A stretch of 64,000 bases of DNA. Origin: Gammaproteobacteria bacterium. Lineage in GTDB: Bacteria > Pseudomonadota > Gammaproteobacteria > SZUA-152. The stretch's first letter is position 1, and every line of letters starts with the position of its first letter. The notes under the pieces are model-generated. The model was given only the letters and a program-made list of their open reading frames with translations. It was not told the origin of the DNA and ran no database searches. Made by a program: the position numbers and the translations under genes. The DNA lies in the NCBI GenBank assembly GCA_021647505.1, contig JAKIUN010000001.1, positions 97,828 to 161,827 on the forward strand, read 5' to 3'. Below, piece by piece: positions 57,895 through 64,000 of this stretch.

Positions 57895-59148
57895 GTGGAA
57901 TATGGCCTGATTTTTATCATCCTTGCCTGCCTGTTTGGTTTCTTCATGGCCTGGGGCGTGGGAGCCAATGACGTCGCCAATGCCATGGGCACCTCAGTGG
58001 GCTCCAAGGCAATCACCGTTAAACAGGCGATCATCATCGCCGCTATCTTCGAGTTTGCCGGCGCCTTTCTCGCCGGTGGCCAGGTGACCGCCACCATCCG
58101 CAAGGGCATTATCGATGCCAGCGTCGTCTCTGGCACGCCGGAACTGTTGGTCTATGGCATGCTCGCCTCGCTGCTGGCGGCGGGCATCTGGCTGCTGGTC
58201 GCCAGCCACTTTGGCTGGCCTGTTTCCACCACCCACTCCATCATCGGCGCCATCGTCGGTTTCGCCGCCGTGGGCATCGGTATGGACGTGGTGCAATGGA
58301 GCAAGGTGGGCACCATCGCCATGAGCTGGGTGGTATCACCGCTGTTGGCCGGCTCCATCGCTTTCGCCCTGTTTGTCAGCGTACAAAAGCTCATCCTCAG
58401 CACCGAAGACCCGCTCGCCAATGCCAAGCGTTATGTTCCAGTTTACATTTTCTTCGTCGGCTTCATCATCGCCCTGGTATGCATATTCAAGGGACTAAAG
58501 CATGTCGGGCTGGAACTGAGCACGGCTGAATCCTACAGCATCGCGGTATTAGTGGGCGCCATCACGGCAGCCATTGGCATCGTGATGATTAACCGCCTGA
58601 AATTTGATCCTGAGGCCGATCGTGACTTCCATTTCACCAATGTGGAAAAAATCTTCGCCGTGCTGATGATGATCACCGCCTGTGCCATGGCCTTTGCCCA
58701 CGGCTCTAACGATGTTGCCAACGCCATTGGCCCGGTGGCTGCCGTGATAAGCATTGTCCAAAATGACGGCATGGTGGCGCAAGAATCCGCTCTACCACTG
58801 TGGATTCTTGCCCTCGGTGGACTCGGTATCGTCATTGGCCTGATGACCTATGGCAAAAAGGTCATGCTCACCATCGGCACCCAGATCACCGAACTCACCC
58901 CCAGCCGTGGCTTTGCCGCCACCCTCGCCGCCGCCACCACCGTGGTACTGGCCTCCGGCACCGGGCTGCCCATCTCCACCACCCACACCCTGGTGGGGGC
59001 CGTGCTGGGAGTCGGCTTGGCGCGCGGTATCGCGGCAATCAACCTCAACGTGGTACGCACCATTTTTATATCCTGGGTCGTGACCCTGCCGGCCGGGGCG
59101 ATTCTTTCGATCATCTTTTTCTTCATCCTCAAAGGCATTTTCGGCTGA
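57895..59148 (+). CDS. pit: Inorganic phosphate transporter, PiT family
   Basis: Duplicated GANDVANAMG and GSNDVANAIGP signature motifs. Polytopic. Confidence 0.92.
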   Translation: MEYGLIFIILACLFGFFMAWGVGANDVANAMGTSVGSKAITVKQAIIIAAIFEFAGAFLAGGQVTATIRKGIIDASVVSGTPELLVYGMLASLLAAGIWLLVASHFGWPVSTTHSIIGAIVGFAAVGIGMDVVQWSKVGTIAMSWVVSPLLAGSIAFALFVSVQKLILSTEDPLANAKRYVPVYIFFVGFIIALVCIFKGLKHVGLELSTAESYSIAVLVGAITAAIGIVMINRLKFDPEADRDFHFTNVEKIFAVLMMITACAMAFAHGSNDVANAIGPVAAVISIVQNDGMVAQESALPLWILALGGLGIVIGLMTYGKKVMLTIGTQITELTPSRGFAATLAAATTVVLASGTGLPISTTHTLVGAVLGVGLARGIAAINLNVVRTIFISWVVTLPAGAILSIIFFFILKGIFG

Positions 59149-60014
59149 TGGGCGACCCTTTCGACTTCGCTGCCAAACCCGACGCCTACGCAGTGATGGG
59201 CAACCCCATCGCGCATTCGAAATCACCCCAGATCCACGCCGCCTTCGCCCGACAGACCGGCCAGGGTATCGAATACACCGCTATCCAGGTCGACCCGGGT
59301 GGTTTTGAGCAGGCCGTCGGCAACTTCTTCGCCAGCGGCGGCATGGGCCTCAACGTCACCGTACCCTTCAAACAGGAAGCCTGGAAGCTGGTGCACGAAC
59401 ACGGCCCGGAGGCCGAACGCGCCGGCGCGGTGAATACCCTCCTGCACGACAGCGCCGAACACTTCATCGGCCGCAACACTGACGGCATCGGCCTGGTGCG
59501 TGACATCCTGCAAAATCACCGTGGAAACATCAAAGGTCAGCGGGTATTGTTGGTAGGCGCTGGTGGCGCCGCGCGCGGCGTGTTGCAGCCCCTGCTGGCA
59601 GAAAAGCCGCAACGACTGGTGATCGCCAATCGCACCCCGGATCGCGCTGTGGAGCTGGCCCGAGATTTTGCCGATATCAGCGCCGCCAGCCTGCTGCACG
59701 GCGGCGGTTTCCCTGACCTCAGCGGCGAGACCTTCGACCTCATTATCAACGCCAGCGCCGCCAGTCTGCATGGCGAAGTGCCACCTCTTCCCGGCGATAT
59801 CCTCGCCGACGGCGGCTGGTGCTACGACATGATGTACGGCGCTGCACCCACCCCCTTTGTGCGCTGGGGCCTTGAGCACGGCGCCGGCGTCTCGCTGGAC
59901 GGCCTCGGCATGCTGGTGGAACAGGCCGCGGAATCCTTCCACCTGTGGCGTGGCGTACGCCCCGACACCGCCCCCGTGATTGATGAAATTCGCACCACCT
60001 TAAAAGCCGACTAA
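59148..60014 (+). CDS. aroE: Shikimate dehydrogenase
   Basis: YAVMGNPIAHSKSPQIHAAF; LLVGAGGAARGV Rossmann motif. ATG 59148 overlaps the pit stop. The upstream 116 codons of the track ORF lie inside pit. Confidence 0.92.
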   Translation: MGDPFDFAAKPDAYAVMGNPIAHSKSPQIHAAFARQTGQGIEYTAIQVDPGGFEQAVGNFFASGGMGLNVTVPFKQEAWKLVHEHGPEAERAGAVNTLLHDSAEHFIGRNTDGIGLVRDILQNHRGNIKGQRVLLVGAGGAARGVLQPLLAEKPQRLVIANRTPDRAVELARDFADISAASLLHGGGFPDLSGETFDLIINASAASLHGEVPPLPGDILADGGWCYDMMYGAAPTPFVRWGLEHGAGVSLDGLGMLVEQAAESFHLWRGVRPDTAPVIDEIRTTLKAD

Positions 60015-60017
60015 GCC

Positions 60018-60198
60018 ATGATCCACCTTGCCGACAGTGACCGGGACATCAGCCGCTGCATCCCCGTGATGGGGCAACTGCGCCCACATATTCCGCCGGC
60101 AGATGCCGCAGGGCTACCGCCTGGCTATGCTCGAACGCGATGACACCGTGGTCGCCCTGGCGGGCTTTCAGTCCGTAAAACCAACCCGTCAGTGTTAA
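60018..60198 (+). pseudogene. Decayed, truncated GNAT acetyltransferase gene
   Basis: Frame 1 reads MIHLADSDRDISRCIPVMGQLRPHIP and stops at 60141-60143. Frame +1 from 60097 reads RQMPQGYRLAMLERDDTVVALAGFQSVKPTRQC and stops at 60196-60198. Together these are only the first ~60 residues of a common GNAT family, with an internal deletion/frameshift and no acetyl-CoA-binding half. Confidence 0.55.
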
Positions 60199-60277
60199 CG
60201 GGTGGTTGTTGGGTTTTATCGCTTTGGCTTTAAATTTGACTGAATGCCTCGCCGAAACCTCGGCACAGTATTCGGGG

Positions 60278-60976
60278 TCAGCTGTCTTGCTCGTCGGCAG
60301 GTTTCTTGCTGGGCAGCACCTCGAATTCCACCTTGATCTCCAGGTCACCGTTATCCACACCAATGTGTGCCACATAATCGCCGGGGGCGGTCTGTGCATC
60401 GGTGCTGATAAGCAGGGTCAGCTTTTCGAAATCCTTGGGGGCGATGTCCAGGCGCTCCGGCTGAAAACACAGGGCGGTCTCGGTCAGGGGCTGGCCGGCA
60501 CTGATACGTGTGCCACGCATGTCCTGGCAGGCAAAGACCAGGTTTTCCATGGGTAGGTCGGCAGGGTTCTCCATCGACAAAGGGATGCGCAATGTCCCAC
60601 CCTGATGCACTCTGGGGAGGCGTGCCGCAGCACGGTCTTTTTCGGGGGTGCTCATGGGCTCGGTGGCCCGGGCGTCTGTCGATGCGTCCTTGCCTGATCC
60701 ACTGTCCGCTGTTCCGCCCGTAGCCCCGCCCACCACTGAGACCACGAGGCCAATGACGTTGGTCAGGGTGGTCACCCCATAATGCACCATCTCGCCAAGT
60801 GGCCCCTGCGGGGTATTCGGGTTGGCGACGGGTTTACCCACTGCGGTGACTTCCGCCAGGGTTTTGGTAATCGCCGCACCCACGCCAAAGGCCGCATTGA
60901 TGACGTCCGAGACACCTTCTGCCAGCGATGGGTTGGCACGGTTTTCCTGCTCTTCGCCCTGCTTTTGTTTGCTCAT
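60278..60976 (-). CDS. Hypothetical protein (232 aa): Gly/Val-rich hydrophobic N-region, low-complexity linker, beta-rich C-domain
   Basis: Long ORF with coding-like composition. No motif recognised. Confidence 0.55.
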   Translation of the reverse strand: MSKQKQGEEQENRANPSLAEGVSDVINAAFGVGAAITKTLAEVTAVGKPVANPNTPQGPLGEMVHYGVTTLTNVIGLVVSVVGGATGGTADSGSGKDASTDARATEPMSTPEKDRAAARLPRVHQGGTLRIPLSMENPADLPMENLVFACQDMRGTRISAGQPLTETALCFQPERLDIAPKDFEKLTLLISTDAQTAPGDYVAHIGVDNGDLEIKVEFEVLPSKKPADEQDS

Positions 60977-61015
60977 GATTTATTTATACCTCTAAACGAT
61001 CCTCAGCTTCCTGGC

Positions 61016-61040
61016 GTAGGGTGGGCAGTGCCCACCCTAC
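61016..61040. repeat. Perfect 12-1-12 palindrome (REP-like)
   Basis: GTAGGGTGGGCA-G-TGCCCACCCTAC in the gap between two orphan ORFs. Confidence 0.85.
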
Positions 61041-61160
61041 AGATAAGAGGATTGTGTATTTTGTGGTGGCACACGCCTCACGCTAAGACTTGTTTAGAGG
61101 CATATGATTTTTTGCTCGGTGATGGTTATTTCAGCAACACGGAAAGCCTGGGAACTGGCG

Positions 61161-61718
61161 TCAAGGATTACCCGGCGGCGTGGTTTTGGGTTGTGGGCAG
61201 GGATTATCTTCACATTGCTGAGGGGTGGCTACCGTGGCACCCGTCAGGCGCAGGGACATGACGCGGTTCTTGCCCATGCGCAGCTCCATGACATAGTCGG
61301 ATGCGATATGCCAGGGATTGCAGAAGCGCAATTGCAGGGGCGTGCGCATTTGCAGTGCGTGGTGAATGGGTTCGGCAAGTGCCGTATTCACCTTCAGGGC
61401 ATGATCCAGCGGTTCGATCTGGTGGGTCTGATGATGATCGTTGGCAAAATGGTGGGCCATACGGACATGTAACGGGGCCTTTTCATCACCCTTGAGGGTG
61501 ATTTCGCCGGATACCTTGCATTCGCAAGGGTGCTCTGCATCCCAAGACACCATGTGAACCAGTGGTTGCTGGGGATGGGTCGCATGTTGTACTTGATGTT
61601 TGACCGGTGGTTTTTCAGCGTCACCATGTAGTTGCAGGCCGCCATCGTGCTGAAAGCGGTCGCCGGTCTTCTGCCCGATGACGAGGGTTTTGCTTTCCCG
61701 GGATTTTTTTTCTGCCAT
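61161..61718 (-). CDS. Histidine-rich hypothetical protein (185 aa, 17 His)
   Basis: ATG 61718 lies 17 nt after the upstream stop, with AGGAAG upstream. His occur in HH/HxxH clusters, and there are four Cys. Confidence 0.5.
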   Translation of the reverse strand: MAEKKSRESKTLVIGQKTGDRFQHDGGLQLHGDAEKPPVKHQVQHATHPQQPLVHMVSWDAEHPCECKVSGEITLKGDEKAPLHVRMAHHFANDHHQTHQIEPLDHALKVNTALAEPIHHALQMRTPLQLRFCNPWHIASDYVMELRMGKNRVMSLRLTGATVATPQQCEDNPCPQPKTTPPGNP

Positions 61719-61735
61719 GAATCACTTCCTGCCGC

Positions 61736-63193
61736 TCAGCGGATTTGATAGACATCCATGATGAATTCATTGTCACAGACCCAGCTTTCCAGCCGGATCT
61801 CCACGTCGTGGTCACCACCCAGGCAGGCATGGGCGAACTGGATACCCGCCTCGTCTGAATCATGCAGACACAGTTCTTCATTGTCCACCAGCACCCTGAA
61901 GCCGCCGGGCAGCTTGAACTGGAAGCGATAGACGCCGGGATTGAAGCAACCCAGGCCCCGCCATGCGGCAGGATAGGGGATGCGCAGGTCACGCAGGGTC
62001 TGGGGCTGGAGATCGCTGCTGGGCACGCCGTCGGTGCAGGCGAAGCCCTCCGGGCCGTGATCCAGTGATTCGCGGGCGATGGTGATCCACACCGGGCGGC
62101 TGGCTGAGGCCAGGTGGGCCAATAATTTCGCGGCGAACACCAGGCCCATGGTGGCTTGCGCCACTTCGTTGACGGTGGACATCTCGCCGGTTTCGAGCCG
62201 GTTCAGACGGGCCATGGCGGTGTAAGCGATGGAGGCAGTGGCAGGGGCGTCATAGCCTGTGTCGTTCGTACTGCCCACGTCACCGTGGCTGGCATCATCG
62301 GAATTCCCCGAGTCCCCGTCCTTGATCAAGATGGCGTTGACCTGCATGCGCAGATTGTCACGCAGGCCCGCTTCGAACAGTTCGTAAGACAGCGATCCCT
62401 TGGCTACGAACAGATCCAGGGTCATCGGCGTGAAGGGCGTCAAGCCAATGGTGTTGCCTGGGCCGGTGAAGGGGGGGGCGGTGGTAAAGCGGACGTGGGC
62501 GAAGCTGCTGGCGGGGCTGCTGGTGCCAGTGCCACTGAAGGGGGCCCGAATGAGGCTCAGGGATTCCACGAAACCATCCACTCGCTGGGCGCGCTGGTCG
62601 CCGAAGGCGCTGAGGCTGTTGTCCAGGGCGACGGCGTGGATACGTCCTCTGGCGGCGCTATATCCGGTGTCGTTCTCCGTGCTGACAAAGAACTGTGCCA
62701 GCCGCCCATGGGCCTGGGCCTCGCGGATCATCTCCAGTTGCTGGCTCACGACCAGGCGTTCCGGTGATTGCAGATTCAGTTCCAATATTGCCGTGCCGAG
62801 ATTGGTGGTGACGACCTCGACGAGCGCCATATCATGTTGCTCTCTGTCACCCGCAGTCTGGTTGCGGGCAAGCACCGACACACTGACCACCAGCCCTACG
62901 ACCATGGTCAGATTGAGCGGTGAATCCAGTTGGTCACGGCTGATGCGCGCCGCCTGCTGGATTTCGTTGCCCGACTCGCTCTGCGTGTGTTCGATGAACA
63001 CCGGTTCGGCACGATTCATGGCGTCGCGCAGGATGCCGATCTTGGTCAGACGCTCATTGAAACGTTCCGGATCGCCGTCGATATCACGCACTACGTATAC
63101 GCCGCTGCTGCCGTCGCTGTGAATCAGGGTGACACGCACGAGGCCGGCGCGCCCGACCTCGATCTTCTGTACAAAACCTCGTACCGTTGCCAT
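61736..63193 (-). CDS. Hypothetical protein (485 aa)
   Basis: AAGGAG lies 7 nt upstream of ATG 63193 (MATVRGFVQKIEV...), which I prefer to the track start at 63232. No family recognised. The C-terminal ~90 aa are possibly a PA14-like beta-sandwich (GVYRFQFKLPGGFRVLVDNEEL). Confidence 0.6.
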   Translation of the reverse strand: MATVRGFVQKIEVGRAGLVRVTLIHSDGSSGVYVVRDIDGDPERFNERLTKIGILRDAMNRAEPVFIEHTQSESGNEIQQAARISRDQLDSPLNLTMVVGLVVSVSVLARNQTAGDREQHDMALVEVVTTNLGTAILELNLQSPERLVVSQQLEMIREAQAHGRLAQFFVSTENDTGYSAARGRIHAVALDNSLSAFGDQRAQRVDGFVESLSLIRAPFSGTGTSSPASSFAHVRFTTAPPFTGPGNTIGLTPFTPMTLDLFVAKGSLSYELFEAGLRDNLRMQVNAILIKDGDSGNSDDASHGDVGSTNDTGYDAPATASIAYTAMARLNRLETGEMSTVNEVAQATMGLVFAAKLLAHLASASRPVWITIARESLDHGPEGFACTDGVPSSDLQPQTLRDLRIPYPAAWRGLGCFNPGVYRFQFKLPGGFRVLVDNEELCLHDSDEAGIQFAHACLGGDHDVEIRLESWVCDNEFIMDVYQIR

Positions 63194-63274
63194 GACAAAA
63201 CTCCTTTCTCTCGATTCAGAAAATAGGTTCAATAACGCATTGCGGCGATAATGCGGCCAGACAACCGTTTGTCG

Positions 63275-64000
63275 TTATGGATCCGGGCGCGGCATGCGTC
63301 CCATGCCGCGCAGATCCTCGGCACTGCGTGACAGGCGCCGGATAGACAGCTCACCGGGAAACACAAAGCCAGCGCGGAACACGGTGATACCGGTCAGACA
63401 GCTGGTAATTTCCGCAATGCCATTCACCACCGGTGGGATGGGTTCAATAATGGCGCCCTGTTCGTTGGCGATGTCTTCCGCCACCTCACCGCCCACCCTG
63501 TCGATGGTGATCTCGATGACAATCAGGGCGATCCAGCCGGCGATGGGGATAATGATTTCCAGAAAGACGTCACAGCAACTCTGATCGAAATCGAAGTCGC
63601 CTACGACGGGAGAGTCAATCACCAGTTCACAGCCGTCTTCGCTGTCTTCGCGGTGTGCACGCATGAAAACAGGCCCTTCGAATTCCACCGTGGGGTCCCA
63701 CCAGCAATCAATCTTGACCTTGGTCTTGCCGCTTATCCACAGGTGCCCCTCACTTTCTTCGTGTTCACCGGGGTCGGCCAGGGAGACGTTGAGTTCGTAG
63801 AGCACGGCATCGCCTTCCGGTGTTTCTATCAGTTCGCCGTCATCGCTGCTGACACCGGGAAATTTCTCGGTGATCACTGCCTGAATTTCTTCCTGCACCT
63901 TCGCCGCCCCCACTGCCAGAGCCAGCTCGCGGCCGTCGAGGAAGTTGTCCGGCACGGCATCATCCGCCGCCGTGCCCGAGCGCCGATTGAGCAGGATGGC
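63275..64000 (-). CDS. Hypothetical protein with one hydrophobic helix, N-terminus beyond window
   Basis: The frame stays open from GTG 63955 to nt 64000 (15 further sense codons), so the gene probably starts outside the window. Hydrophobic segment FLEIIIPIAGWIALIVIEITI. Confidence 0.5.
   Translation of the reverse strand, partial: AILLNRRSGTAADDAVPDNFLDGRELALAVGAAKVQEEIQAVITEKFPGVSSDDGELIETPEGDAVLYELNVSLADPGEHEESEGHLWISGKTKVKIDCWWDPTVEFEGPVFMRAHREDSEDGCELVIDSPVVGDFDFDQSCCDVFLEIIIPIAGWIALIVIEITIDRVGGEVAEDIANEQGAIIEPIPPVVNGIAEITSCLTGITVFRAGFVFPGELSIRRLSRSAEDLRGMGRMPRPDP

Noticed and set aside
58800-59147. 116-codon N-terminal extension of the aroE ORF
   Set aside because: It lies inside the pit gene in another frame and has Pro/Arg/His-rich shadow composition. 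The canonical AroE N-terminus starts at ATG 59148.
60049-60399. 116-aa minus-strand ORF spanning the GNAT remnant
   Set aside because: It overlaps both the pseudogene and the end of the 232-aa orphan gene in a different frame, and it has no SD or motif.

Overview
Moderately GC-rich, almost fully coding proteobacterial chromosome window (gene content and order look gammaproteobacterial). I recognised no rRNA, tRNA, CRISPR array, transposase or integrase. Most of it is housekeeping synteny. On the minus strand: def-fmt-rsmB-DUF4390-ntrY-ntrX-trkA-trkH-LuxR regulator. Elsewhere: LysM/TsaP-like-dprA-smg; NsrR / truncated haemoglobin / Fdx-FNR reductase; a dynamin-like GTPase; yggT-proC-yggS next to pilT-pilU; pirin-yqjG with a LysR regulator; plsY, folB-folK, a receiver-GGDEF protein, a pterin reductase and several SAM methyltransferases; uppP, apaH, ygiQ, rubrerythrin, mscS, ppa, PPi-dependent PFK, adk, hemB, DUF47-pit and aroE. 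Two accessory regions stand out. (1) At the window centre (about 29.7-36.3 kb) is a visibly lower-GC island. It carries an octahaem c-type cytochrome with an Ig-like C-terminal tail, a tetrahaem paralogue with a (GGGGM)4 repeat, a secreted subtilisin-family protease and a lipoprotein parvulin PPIase, behind about 690 bp of AT-rich non-coding DNA. I read this as an OmcZ/OzpA-like extracellular cytochrome maturation cassette and rank it as the best candidate system. (2) At the right edge (60.0-64.0 kb) a decayed GNAT gene is followed by four co-directional orphan ORFs that run off the window. Other oddities: adenylate kinase fused to a histone-H1-like Lys/Ala tail; a structured leader with an intrinsic terminator in front of ppa; homopolymer tracts in pfp and upstream of hemB, with an out-of-frame SD-equipped start; and several REP-like palindromes. 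Two edge-truncated ORFs missing or truncated in the supplied track were recovered by hand. All family calls come from motif recognition by eye; no database search was possible.
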